From: Candidatus Omnitrophota bacterium
GTDB lineage: Bacteria > Omnitrophota > Gorgyraeia > Gygaellales > Profunditerraquicolaceae
NCBI GenBank assembly: GCA_043802425.1
Contig: JAZDLA010000013.1
Coordinates: 1 to 50,014 of the forward strand
Length of the DNA stretch: 50,014 nt
Direction of reading: 5' to 3'
Positions 6,789 through 16,246 of this stretch are shown here, one piece after another; position 1 is the stretch's first letter; every line of letters begins with the position of its first letter. A program made the translations under genes and the position numbers. The notes beneath the pieces are model-generated. The model made no database searches. It was not told the origin of the DNA and saw only the letters and a program-made list of their open reading frames with translations.

Positions 6789-7643
6789 ATGGAAGAAGCG
6801 ATTAAGAAAGCGGATGTTTTGATTGAGGCATTGCCCTATATCAAGAAATTCCACAAGAAGATAATCGTTATCAAATATGGCGGGAGCATCTTGGGAGAGG
6901 AAAAAATCAGGAGGGGCGTCTTAGAGGATATTGTTTTCTTAAGTTTCATGGGCTTAAGGCCGGTCTTGGTACATGGCGGAGGCTCCAATATCAGCGAACG
7001 CATACGTTCTGAAGGCAAGAAAACGGAATTTGTGGACGGTATCCGTGTAACCGATGAAGAGACGCTGGCTGTAGTCAAGGAAGAATTACAGAAGCTAAAC
7101 GATATCATTGTCAGCGAATTATCAGAATTGGGAGCAGAGGCAGTCGGTTTAAGCGGCGAAGACAAAAAAATAATTCAGGTAGAGAAAAAGACGGCAGAGG
7201 TAGATTTAGGGTTAGTGGGGCATATCAACGAAATAAATACCGAGCCGATACTAGAGGAGCTGAAGTCCGATACGGTGGTGGTAGTTCTGCCTATGGGCAA
7301 GGGTGAAGATAAAAAGACATATAATGTCAATGCCGATGAGGCAGCTTCTAATATTGCCAGCGCCATTAAGGCAGAGAAATTAGTTTTGCTTACTAACGTC
7401 AAAGGGATTATGCGTAATCCCGATGACCCGCATTCTTTTTTATCCGCCCTGACTACAGAAGAGGCGCGAGTATTAATCGAGAATAATATCATCCAGCAGG
7501 GGATGATCCCCAAGGTTTTAGCCTGTATTGAGGCATTAGATAAGGGTGTAAAGAAGACGCACATCATTGATGCGCGCACGCCACACGGTTTACTCCTGGA
7601 GATATTCACAGATACAGGAGTGGGAACGGAAATAGTTAAGTAA
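6789..7643 (+). CDS. argB: Acetylglutamate kinase
   Basis: IVIKYGGS amino-acid-kinase motif, VLVHGGG, about 284 aa, arg operon context. Confidence 0.95.
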   Translation: MEEAIKKADVLIEALPYIKKFHKKIIVIKYGGSILGEEKIRRGVLEDIVFLSFMGLRPVLVHGGGSNISERIRSEGKKTEFVDGIRVTDEETLAVVKEELQKLNDIIVSELSELGAEAVGLSGEDKKIIQVEKKTAEVDLGLVGHINEINTEPILEELKSDTVVVVLPMGKGEDKKTYNVNADEAASNIASAIKAEKLVLLTNVKGIMRNPDDPHSFLSALTTEEARVLIENNIIQQGMIPKVLACIEALDKGVKKTHIIDARTPHGLLLEIFTDTGVGTEIVK

Positions 7644-7754
7644 CTAGTACGCTAGTAACTCGCCTGTCTGCCGGCAGGCAGGTAACTAGTAATTTTGAAT
7701 AGGATAAAAATCTGAATTACGAGTTACTAGTTACGAAATTATGAGTTACGAAAG
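7640..7754. repeat. Composite intercistronic repeat: GTAACTAGTA-type heptads, 20-nt near-palindrome, and inverted TTACGAG/TTACTAG heptads
   Basis: gtaactagtacgctagtaactcg (7640-7662), cctgtctgccggcaggcagg (7663-7682), gtaactagtaa (7682-7692), attacgagttactagttacgaaattatgagttacgaaag (7716-7754). 7720-7734 is the exact reverse complement of GTAACTAGTAACTCG. Confidence 0.85.
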
Positions 7755-8936
7755 ATGAAAGTCGAAGATATATTTAACGCCTATAAAGACTATATTATGC
7801 CGACTTATACCAAAGTGCCTTTGGTTTTTGTCAAAGGTAAGGGTAGTCGGCTCTGGGATATCCATAGCCGGGCGTATCTAGACCTTTTTCCTGGTTGGGG
7901 CGTGGGAAATATCGGTCATTGTCATCCTAAAGTGATGCAGGCGGTGCGGGATCAGATCTCTAAACTGATATTTATACCAAATAATTATTATCATCCTGCC
8001 CAGGCAAAGCTAGCCAGAGAGATAGTCTACTGGGCCTATCCGGCTAAGGTTTTTTTCTGTAATTCCGGAGCCGAGGCAAATGAGGCAGCCATAAAATTCA
8101 GCCGAAAATTCGGAAATGGCAGATTCGAAATCATTACCTTTGAAAATTCCTTCCACGGAAGAACACTGGCGGCTTTAGCTGCTACGGGTCAGAAAAAATA
8201 TCAGAACGGATTTGCGCCTTTACCCGAAGGTTTTAAAACAGTTAAATTTAATGATATAGCGGAGGTTAGAAAGGCTATAACCGAAAAGACAGTCGCGGTG
8301 ATGTTAGAATTGATTCAGGGGGAAGGCGGCATTAATGTTGCCGATAAGGATTTTGTTCTTAAGTTAAGAAAGATTTGTAGCGAAAAGGACCTGCTTTTGA
8401 TCGTAGACGAAGTGCAGACTGCTATGGGCAGGACCGGTAAACTATTTTGTTATCAGCATTACGGCATAACGCCGGATATTATGACTTTAGCCAAGGCGTT
8501 AGGCGCAGGTCTACCTATTGGCGTGATGGTAGTAAAGAAAGAGATCGCGGATACCCTGGGCCCGGGCATGCACGCTTCTACTTTTGGCGGCGGGCCGGTA
8601 ATTTGTAAGGCAGCCTTAGGCGTCTTCAAAGCGATACAGGAAGAAAAGCTGCTTACTAATGCCGTCAAAATGGGCGAATACCTCTTTAACGGGCTTAATG
8701 AATTAAAAGATAAATATTCCCTGATAAAAGAAGTAAGGGGTTTAGGGTTAATGGCAGGTGTAGAATTAAATATGGAAGGCAAGACGGTGGTAGAAAAATG
8801 CATAGAACAGAGGCTCCTGATTAATTGCACGCATGATAAAGTTTTAAGGCTGATGCCCGCCTTGAATATCAGTAAAAAGGAGATTGATAGGGGCCTGGAG
8901 ATATTAGGGGGCGTGTTTAAAAGTTTAAAAGTTTAA
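7755..8936 (+). CDS. argD: Acetylornithine aminotransferase
   Basis: Class III aminotransferase motifs (NSGAEANEAAIK, DEVQTAMGRTG, PLP-lysine context MTLAKALG). Operon context. Confidence 0.9.
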   Translation: MKVEDIFNAYKDYIMPTYTKVPLVFVKGKGSRLWDIHSRAYLDLFPGWGVGNIGHCHPKVMQAVRDQISKLIFIPNNYYHPAQAKLAREIVYWAYPAKVFFCNSGAEANEAAIKFSRKFGNGRFEIITFENSFHGRTLAALAATGQKKYQNGFAPLPEGFKTVKFNDIAEVRKAITEKTVAVMLELIQGEGGINVADKDFVLKLRKICSEKDLLLIVDEVQTAMGRTGKLFCYQHYGITPDIMTLAKALGAGLPIGVMVVKKEIADTLGPGMHASTFGGGPVICKAALGVFKAIQEEKLLTNAVKMGEYLFNGLNELKDKYSLIKEVRGLGLMAGVELNMEGKTVVEKCIEQRLLINCTHDKVLRLMPALNISKKEIDRGLEILGGVFKSLKV

Positions 8937-8946
8937 ATGTTAAAAG
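8915..8946. repeat. Tandem octamer GTTTAAAA x4 spanning the argD stop
   Basis: gtttaaaa gtttaaaa gtttaaat gttaaaag read directly. Encodes the last residues FKSLKV and the stop. Confidence 0.85.
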
Positions 8947-8956
8947 GAAAAAGATT

Positions 8957-9880
8957 ATGAAAAAAGATTTTATTTGTATTCAAGATTTAACGCCTGGAGA
9001 AATCGAAGATATCTTCATCCTTACGGAGCGATTAAAGAAAGACCGGGTTAAATTCAGCAGGGTGCTGGCGGGTAAAACCATAGGTCTGGTTTTTCAGAAA
9101 CCGTCAAACCGCACGCGGGTTTCTTTCGAAGTAGGGATGTATCAACTGGGCGGGTATTCCATATATCTGGGGTCTGATGAAATAAATCTGGGCGTCAGGG
9201 AATCCATAGGAGATGTGGCCAAGACCCTCTCTAGATACGTGGACGGTATAGTATTAAGGACTTTCGAACATAAAAATATTTTAGAGCTGGCAAAGTCTGC
9301 TACTATCCCGGTGATAAACGGTTTATCGGATTTAGCGCATCCTTGTCAGGCCCTGGCGGATATTTATACCGTAAGAGAAAAGCTAAAGAATATTAAAGGC
9401 GTAACCTTTGCTTATGTCGGAGACGGCAATAATGTCTGTAATTCGTTATTGTATGCCTGCGCCGGCGTGGGAATAAATATGAATGTAGCCACACCTAAAG
9501 GCTATGAGCCGGATAATAAGGTTTTAGAAGAAGCTAAGTTGATCGCCAAGAAAAACAAGGTCAGTATTAATTTATTTGGGCAGCCTCAAGATGCAGTTAA
9601 GGGTGCTAGAGTTATTTATACCGATGTCTGGGCGAGTATGGGGCAGGAAAAAGAAGCTGCAATGAGGAAGAAAGTCTTTAAGGCATTCCAGATTAACGCT
9701 AAATTAGTTAAGTTAGCCAAGAAGAATGTTTTGATTATGCATTGCCTACCTGCGCATAGGGGCGATGAGATTACTGATGAGGTTATTGATAGTAAGAATT
9801 CCGTAGTCTTTGACCAGGCAGAGAACAGGATGCATGTACAAAAGGCGATCTTAATTAAACTGTTAGGAAAGAGTATATGA
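8957..9880 (+). CDS. argF: Ornithine carbamoyltransferase
   Basis: SNRTRVSFE (carbamoyl-phosphate site), HPCQALAD and HCLPAHRG motifs. 307 aa. Confidence 0.93.
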   Translation: MKKDFICIQDLTPGEIEDIFILTERLKKDRVKFSRVLAGKTIGLVFQKPSNRTRVSFEVGMYQLGGYSIYLGSDEINLGVRESIGDVAKTLSRYVDGIVLRTFEHKNILELAKSATIPVINGLSDLAHPCQALADIYTVREKLKNIKGVTFAYVGDGNNVCNSLLYACAGVGINMNVATPKGYEPDNKVLEEAKLIAKKNKVSINLFGQPQDAVKGARVIYTDVWASMGQEKEAAMRKKVFKAFQINAKLVKLAKKNVLIMHCLPAHRGDEITDEVIDSKNSVVFDQAENRMHVQKAILIKLLGKSI

Positions 9881-11058
9881 AAAAAATTGTTTTAGCATAT
9901 TCCGGGGGGTTGGATACATCCTGTGCTGTGAGGTGGCTGAAAGAGCAGGGATACGAGGTAGTCTGCTTTATGGCGGATTTGGGCCAGGGATTAGGAGAAG
10001 GAGAGGATTTTGCGGCTATCCAGGCGCGAGCCTTGGCTGCCGGCGCTTCCAAGGTGTGCGTCAAAGACCTGCAGGATGAATTTGTGCAGGATTTTGTTCT
10101 CCCGGCCTTGAAAGCGGGGGCTATCTATGAAGGAAAGTATCTTTTGGCTACGGCATTAGGCAGGCCGTTAATTGCTAAATATCTAGTTGAGATCGCCCAG
10201 AAAGAAAAAGCGCATGCAGTAGCGCATGGCTCTACCGGCAAAGGAAATGACCAGGTCAGATTTGAGGTGACCGTAGGGATATTAAACCCGAAATTAGAGA
10301 TTATCGCTCCGGTCAGGGTTTGGGATTTTAAATCGCGGGAAGAAGAGATAGAATATGCGCATATGTACAATATCCCTATTGATGTCACCAAAAAGAAGCC
10401 TTACAGCATTGATAGGAATATCTGGGGTATCAGTATCGAAGCTGGCATATTGGAAAATCTGGAACAGGAACCTCCTGAAGACGCCTATTTAATCACCAAG
10501 AGCCCGACCCAGATAGCCACCTATCCTAAATATATTGAGGTCTATTTTGAAAAAGGCGTACCTAAGAAGATAGATGGTAAAATCTATAAATTAAAAGCGC
10601 TGATTGAACATTTAAACGAAATCGGCGGGCTTTACGGCGTGGGCAGGACTGATTTGGTAGAGAACAGGCTGGTAGGCATTAAATCCCGGGAGATCTATGA
10701 GGCGCCTGCTGCGACCATGCTTTATGTTGCCCATAAGGAATTGGAGAGTTTGGTATTAGACAGGGAGCTGGCGCATTTTAAAGAGATTATCGCGCTTAAA
10801 TATGCGGAGTTAGTTTATTATGGTTTGTGGTATTCTCCCTTAAAAGAGGCATTAGACGGATTTGTTGATTCTACGCAAAAACACGTTACCGGTTCCATAA
10901 AACTGAAATTATTCAAGGGGAACTGTATGGCAGTAGGCAGAAAGTCGTCCCACTCATTATATAAAAAGGAATTGAGCACTTACGGCAAGGAAGATAAATT
11001 CGACCAGAAATTAGCCGAGGGGTTTATCAAGATCTGGGGTATGCCATATAAAAGGTAG
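9877..11058 (+). CDS. argG: Argininosuccinate synthase
   Basis: AYSGGLDTS ATP-pyrophosphatase motif, GSTGKGNDQVRFE. 4-nt overlap with argF. Confidence 0.95.
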   Translation: MKKIVLAYSGGLDTSCAVRWLKEQGYEVVCFMADLGQGLGEGEDFAAIQARALAAGASKVCVKDLQDEFVQDFVLPALKAGAIYEGKYLLATALGRPLIAKYLVEIAQKEKAHAVAHGSTGKGNDQVRFEVTVGILNPKLEIIAPVRVWDFKSREEEIEYAHMYNIPIDVTKKKPYSIDRNIWGISIEAGILENLEQEPPEDAYLITKSPTQIATYPKYIEVYFEKGVPKKIDGKIYKLKALIEHLNEIGGLYGVGRTDLVENRLVGIKSREIYEAPAATMLYVAHKELESLVLDRELAHFKEIIALKYAELVYYGLWYSPLKEALDGFVDSTQKHVTGSIKLKLFKGNCMAVGRKSSHSLYKKELSTYGKEDKFDQKLAEGFIKIWGMPYKR

Positions 11059-11080
11059 TGTCCCCTCGCAGGGCTCGGGG

Positions 11081-11119
11081 TGAAATAAAACCAAAGCGTC
11101 TGAGGCTGGTTTTATTTCA
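11081..11119. repeat. Perfect 13-bp stem hairpin between the argG stop and a relic copy of the argG 3' end
   Basis: tgaaataaaacca (11081-11093) / tggttttatttca (11107-11119), 13-nt loop, no T-run after it. Confidence 0.85.
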
Positions 11120-11172
11120 TGGGGAATGCCGTACAAAAAGTAACTAGTAACTCGTAATCTTGAGGAGATAAA

Positions 11173-12558
11173 ATGGCGAAGAAGTTATGGGGGAGTAGAT
11201 TTCCTAAAAAAACCAACGTATTGACTGATAGGTTTACCTCAAGCATTGCTTTTGATAAGAGGCTAGCCAAATATGACGTCTTAGGCAGCATTGCCCATGC
11301 CAGGATGTTAGGCAAGCAAAAAATAATCCCAGGAAAAGACGCTAAGCTTATTATAAAAGGGCTCAATTCTATTTTGAAGGATATTAAAAACAAGAAGTTT
11401 AGGTTTAACCTCCAGGCAGAGGATATCCATTCTAATATTCAGGATACGCTGGTAAAAAAGATAGGTCCGGCAGCGCATAAATTACATACTGCCCGTTCCA
11501 GAAACGACCAGATAGCTTTAGATATTAAAATGTACTTAAAAGATGAAACAGCGCAACTTAAGGGTTTGCTTGTAGGTTTGCAGAAAGCAATATTAAAATT
11601 TGCTCAGGATAATTCAAAAATAATTATTCCGGGATACACGCATTTACAGCTAGCACAGTGCGTCTTATTGGCGCATCATCTCCTGGCGTATCTGGAATGC
11701 TTAGAGAGAGATAAAGAGAGGGTGGGTTGCGCTACGCAAAGGGCGGATACCATGCCCTTAGGTAGCTGCGCCTTTTCCGGGACAGGCCTGTCTATAGAAA
11801 GAGAACATGTCAGGAAAGAGCTGGGATTTAAGAAATTGACCGAAAATAGCATCGATAGCGTAAGCGACAGAGACTTTATTATCGAGGTATTGGCAGATTT
11901 ATCTATTTTAGCGGTGCACTTATCCCGGATTGCCGAAGATCTGATCCTTTGGTCTACCAAAGAATTTAACTTTATTGATATCGATTTTTCTTTCTGCACC
12001 GGCTCCAGCATTATGCCGCATAAGAAGAATCCGGATGTGTTAGAGCTGATCAGGGGATCGGTGGGCAGGATACACGCAGACTTCTCCAGTGTGCTGATAT
12101 TAATGAAGGGGCTACCTTCGTCGTATAACCGGGATTTGCAGCTGGATAAGCCCCCGTTTTTTGATGCCGTAGATACGATTAAAGATGTCCTGGGGATTTT
12201 TATAGAGTTATTTCATGATATAGCCGTAAAGAAAGATATAATTGCTGCAAAACTGATAGACGAATCTTTATTCTCGGTAGATATCGTGGAATATTTGATT
12301 AAGAAAGGTGTATCTTATAGGCAAGCGCACGATATCGTAGGTAGAATGGTAAAAGATTGCCTGGATAAAGGTAAGAGTATTTCTGACCTAAGTACGGCGC
12401 AACTAAAGAAGTATTCGCCTAAATTAGACCCGGATGTAAAGAGCATTTTGAATGCCTGGGCTTCGGTTAACCTGAAAAAATCATATGGCAGCACTAACCC
12501 CAAGCTCGTCGCCAGACAAATGCATAGCTGGAGTAGGAGATTAAATGCACGAATTTAA
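11173..12558 (+). CDS. argH: Argininosuccinate lyase
   Basis: Fumarate-lyase signature GSSIMPHKKNPD. N-terminal KLWGSRF typical of ArgH. 461 aa. Confidence 0.95.
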   Translation: MAKKLWGSRFPKKTNVLTDRFTSSIAFDKRLAKYDVLGSIAHARMLGKQKIIPGKDAKLIIKGLNSILKDIKNKKFRFNLQAEDIHSNIQDTLVKKIGPAAHKLHTARSRNDQIALDIKMYLKDETAQLKGLLVGLQKAILKFAQDNSKIIIPGYTHLQLAQCVLLAHHLLAYLECLERDKERVGCATQRADTMPLGSCAFSGTGLSIEREHVRKELGFKKLTENSIDSVSDRDFIIEVLADLSILAVHLSRIAEDLILWSTKEFNFIDIDFSFCTGSSIMPHKKNPDVLELIRGSVGRIHADFSSVLILMKGLPSSYNRDLQLDKPPFFDAVDTIKDVLGIFIELFHDIAVKKDIIAAKLIDESLFSVDIVEYLIKKGVSYRQAHDIVGRMVKDCLDKGKSISDLSTAQLKKYSPKLDPDVKSILNAWASVNLKKSYGSTNPKLVARQMHSWSRRLNARI

Positions 12559-13813
12559 ATACAAAGGAAATTATCTTTATTGCGAGGATATCAAGGTGGC
12601 GGATTTAGCAGAGCGTTTCGGTACACCGCTGTATATCTATAGTTACCATACGCTGATCGGCCATTACCTGAAATTAAAGACTGCCTTTGCTGGACTTACG
12701 CCTCTTATCTGTTATTCGGTGAAAGCTAACTCTAATCTGGCGATTCTTAAAGCCCTGGTAGATAAAGGTGCGGGGTTAGATATTGTCTCCGGAGGAGAAC
12801 TCTTTCGCGCCTCGGGAGTCGGTTGCCCGGCAGAAAGAATTGTTTATGCATCAGTCGGTAAAACAGATAGAGAGATAGAAGAGGCTATCAAAAAGAGAAT
12901 CCGGTTTTTTAATGTCGAGTCAACTGCGGAGCTAAAGAATATCAATCGGATATCCAAGAGATTAAATAGGATTACTCAGGTAGCTATACGCATCAACCCT
13001 GATGTAGAACCTAAGACGCATAAATTTATTACTACGGGAAAGATTACCAATAAGTTCGGCATAGATTTTAAGAGTGCCTATAAGATCCTGCTGATGCGCA
13101 ATAATTTTGCTAATTTAAATATCTGCGGCCTGCATATACACATCGGTTCACAGATTACCGAAAGCGCTCCCTATGTAGCCGCGGTTACCAAGATAGTAAG
13201 GTTTATCTCGCAGCTAGGGAAAAAAGGTATAGGCTTGGAATATTTAAATATCGGAGGCGGTTTAGGGATTATTTACAACAAAGAAACTCCCCAGACTGCC
13301 CAGAAGTTTGCCAAAAGGATTATACCTTTGTTAAAAAATACGGGCTTGAAAATAATCTTAGAGCCCGGTAGGTTCATCGTAGGTAATGCCGGGATCCTGG
13401 TGGCTAAAGTCCTGTATATCAAAGAGACGCCCAAAAAGAAATTTGTGATTGTAGACGCAGGGATGAATGATTTGATCCGGCCGGCGCTGTATGAGGCCTA
13501 TCATAATATTATTCCTTTACGCGTAACGCGCCATAAAGCGCGGGCAATAAAAGTAGACGTAGTCGGGCCTATCTGCGAAAGCGGGGATTTCTTCGCCAAA
13601 GATAGAAAATTACCCCGTGTTAAAGAAGGCGATTATTTAGCGGTCATGGGCGCAGGCGCATACGGATTTAGCATGTCTTCGAATTATAATTCGCGGCTTA
13701 GGGTAGAAGAGGTTTTGGTAGTGAAAGACCGGACATTCGTGGTGAGAAAGAGGGAGTGTTATCAGGATTTAACGGACAACGAAAAGGTTCCTCCGTTCCT
13801 GTTTGGTTTGTAA
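12545..13813 (+). CDS. lysA: Diaminopimelate decarboxylase
   Basis: PLP-lysine context CYSVKANSN, GGGLGI, and CESGD motifs. Overlaps the argH end by 14 nt. Confidence 0.93.
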   Translation: MHEFKYKGNYLYCEDIKVADLAERFGTPLYIYSYHTLIGHYLKLKTAFAGLTPLICYSVKANSNLAILKALVDKGAGLDIVSGGELFRASGVGCPAERIVYASVGKTDREIEEAIKKRIRFFNVESTAELKNINRISKRLNRITQVAIRINPDVEPKTHKFITTGKITNKFGIDFKSAYKILLMRNNFANLNICGLHIHIGSQITESAPYVAAVTKIVRFISQLGKKGIGLEYLNIGGGLGIIYNKETPQTAQKFAKRIIPLLKNTGLKIILEPGRFIVGNAGILVAKVLYIKETPKKKFVIVDAGMNDLIRPALYEAYHNIIPLRVTRHKARAIKVDVVGPICESGDFFAKDRKLPRVKEGDYLAVMGAGAYGFSMSSNYNSRLRVEEVLVVKDRTFVVRKRECYQDLTDNEKVPPFLFGL

Positions 13814-13816
13814 TAT

Positions 13817-14620
13817 ATGAAAAAGATGGATTTTACCAAGATAGTGGCTTCAGGAAATGATTTCGTAGTGGTTGTTGCGCCTAAACGCGTAGTGGTGCCA
13901 TGGAGAAAATTAGCGCAAAAGATCTGCGATAGAAAATATGGCGCAGGCGCAGACGGTCTCTTAGTCTTAGAAAAGTCCAGAATTGCCGATATTAAGATGC
14001 GCATCTTTAATCCTAATGGTTCAGAGGCAGAGATGTGCGGAAACGGCGCTCGATCAGCCGCCCTTTATCTAAAATCTAGAAAGGTAAAAATAGAAACTAA
14101 GGCGGGAATTATTGTCTCTAGAGTATGCGGAGAAAACGTAAGGATAAAATTAACAGAGCCAGCGCATATAAAATTAAATCTGCCGATTAAAATCAATAAT
14201 AGGATGCTACGTGTGAATTTTATCGATACCGGAGTTCCGCATGCGGTAATTTTCGTAGCGGACTTAGATAAGATTGACGTGGCATGGCTCGGTAGGCAAA
14301 TACGTTATCATAAAAGATTTGCCCCCCGCGGAGCAAACGCAGATTTCGTAGAAGTAGCGAAGAGCAAAGAAATAAAAATCAGGACTTATGAGAGGGGCGT
14401 AGAAGGTGAAACCCTGGCCTGCGGCACAGGTACGGTGGCCAGTGCAATCCTTACAGTGGCTAACATGCCGCACGCCAAGGACGGCGGGTATAAGATAAAT
14501 GTACTTACTAAAAGCGGGGAAGCCTTAAAAGTTTATTTTAATAAGACAAATAATAAGTTTAATGATATCTGGTTAGAGGGTAAAGCCAGGGTAGTATACA
14601 AAGGAGCGTATTATGTTTAA
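13817..14620 (+). CDS. dapF: Diaminopimelate epimerase
   Basis: ASGNDF motif and the two catalytic Cys contexts (MCGNGAR, LACGTGT). Confidence 0.9.
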   Translation: MKKMDFTKIVASGNDFVVVVAPKRVVVPWRKLAQKICDRKYGAGADGLLVLEKSRIADIKMRIFNPNGSEAEMCGNGARSAALYLKSRKVKIETKAGIIVSRVCGENVRIKLTEPAHIKLNLPIKINNRMLRVNFIDTGVPHAVIFVADLDKIDVAWLGRQIRYHKRFAPRGANADFVEVAKSKEIKIRTYERGVEGETLACGTGTVASAILTVANMPHAKDGGYKINVLTKSGEALKVYFNKTNNKFNDIWLEGKARVVYKGAYYV

Positions 14621-15491
14621 GGGCTCAATGGTAGCAATTATAACACCCTTTAAAAACGGAAAAATCGATGAGGGGAAATTAAGAGAATTAATAGAATTCC
14701 AGATTCAAAACGGGACTTCCGGGATAGTGCCTTGCGGTACCACGGGCGAATCTGCCACTTTATCCTTCCAAGAGCATGACCGGGTCATTGAGATTACTAT
14801 AGAACAGGTAAAGAAAAAGATACCGGTTATTGCCGGTACAGGTTCAAATTCTACTGAGGAAGCGATTATGCTTACCAAACATGCTGCCCAGGCAGGCGCG
14901 GATGCCTCTTTGCAGGTTTCGCCTTACTATAACCGGCCTACGCAGAGAGGGCTCTATGAACATTTTAAAGCTATTGCTGCTTCGGTCAATATACCGATCA
15001 TACTTTACAATATTGCCTCGCGCACCGGAGTCAATATAGAGCCGGAGACTATTGCCAAATTAGCCAAAGACTGCAAAAATATTGTGGGCGTAAAAGAGGC
15101 TTCCGGTAATCTTGATCAGATGTCGCGTATAAAGGCGTTGTGCGGCACCGGATTTGATTTAATTTCTGGAGATGATAGCCTAACCTTGCCTCTTTTAGGC
15201 ATAGGTGGTACGGGTGTCATCTCGGTAGTAGCGAATATCGTTGCGCGCGATGTGGCAGATATGGTCAGTGAATTTGAAAAAGGAAACATCCAGAAAGCCC
15301 GTGCGTTACACTATAAATTATTGCCCCTGATAAAAGCAGTATTCCTGGAAACTAACCCCATACCCATAAAAACCGCGATGGGGCTTATGAAAATGTGCGA
15401 ACCGGATTTAAGACTTCCTATGTGTGCTATGTCGCAGGAGAATTTGGAAAAACTTAAAATAGCCCTTAAAGATTACGGTCTTTTAAAATAG
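14613..15491 (+). CDS. dapA: 4-hydroxy-tetrahydrodipicolinate synthase
   Basis: GTTGES motif, Schiff-base lysine context GVKEASG. 292 aa. Confidence 0.93.
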   Translation: MFKGSMVAIITPFKNGKIDEGKLRELIEFQIQNGTSGIVPCGTTGESATLSFQEHDRVIEITIEQVKKKIPVIAGTGSNSTEEAIMLTKHAAQAGADASLQVSPYYNRPTQRGLYEHFKAIAASVNIPIILYNIASRTGVNIEPETIAKLAKDCKNIVGVKEASGNLDQMSRIKALCGTGFDLISGDDSLTLPLLGIGGTGVISVVANIVARDVADMVSEFEKGNIQKARALHYKLLPLIKAVFLETNPIPIKTAMGLMKMCEPDLRLPMCAMSQENLEKLKIALKDYGLLK

Positions 15492-15500
15492 GAGCGCGCT

Positions 15501-16211
15501 ATGATTAAACTAGGTATTGCCGGCGTATGCGGGAAAATGGGTAGGCGCATATTTGAATTAGCCTTTCTTGACAGGGGATTTGAAATTACTTTTGCGTTGG
15601 AGAAAAAGGGTACACCCATGATTGGTAAAGAGCTGGGTAAATTAAAGATATCCTCTACCCAGGATGGGCTGTTTCTGGTAGACGTATTCATTGATTTTAC
15701 TACGCCGGAAGCTACCGAAGCAAATTTAGATTATATCGCCCGGCACAAAAAAGCGCTCGTTTTAGGCACTACCGGATTAAGCCAAGCGCAGATAAATAAA
15801 GTGGAGGAAGTTTCTAAAGTTGTTCCGGTAGTATTTTCTCCGAATATGTCCGTTGGGGTAAATGTTTTATTCGCGATGTTACCGCAGATTGCCAGGAGCC
15901 TGGGTTCAGATTACAGTATCGAGGTTATAGAAGCCCACCATAAAGCTAAGAAAGACGCGCCTTCGGGGACAGCCAAAAAAATTGCCCAGATTTTAGCAGA
16001 TGCCACAAAAAAAGAAATCCCCATGCACGCCATTAGGCTAGGCGATATTGTGGGCGACCACACGATTATTTTTTGCGGTAATTCTGAGCGCGTCGAGATC
16101 AAGCATCAGGCACATTCACGGGATTTATTTGCCCTGGGCGCGTTAAAGGCTGCGAAGTGGATTGCGGGAAAACCCGCAGGCCTGTATTCTATGCAAGACG
16201 TATTAAAATAA
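15501..16211 (+). CDS. dapB: 4-hydroxy-tetrahydrodipicolinate reductase
   Basis: EAHHKAKKDAPSGTA signature. N-terminal GxxGxxG-like GIAGVCGKMG. Confidence 0.9.
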   Translation: MIKLGIAGVCGKMGRRIFELAFLDRGFEITFALEKKGTPMIGKELGKLKISSTQDGLFLVDVFIDFTTPEATEANLDYIARHKKALVLGTTGLSQAQINKVEEVSKVVPVVFSPNMSVGVNVLFAMLPQIARSLGSDYSIEVIEAHHKAKKDAPSGTAKKIAQILADATKKEIPMHAIRLGDIVGDHTIIFCGNSERVEIKHQAHSRDLFALGALKAAKWIAGKPAGLYSMQDVLK

Positions 16212-16246
16212 GGTAAAACGCGATAAGCTAAAAGGTAAAAACTAAA

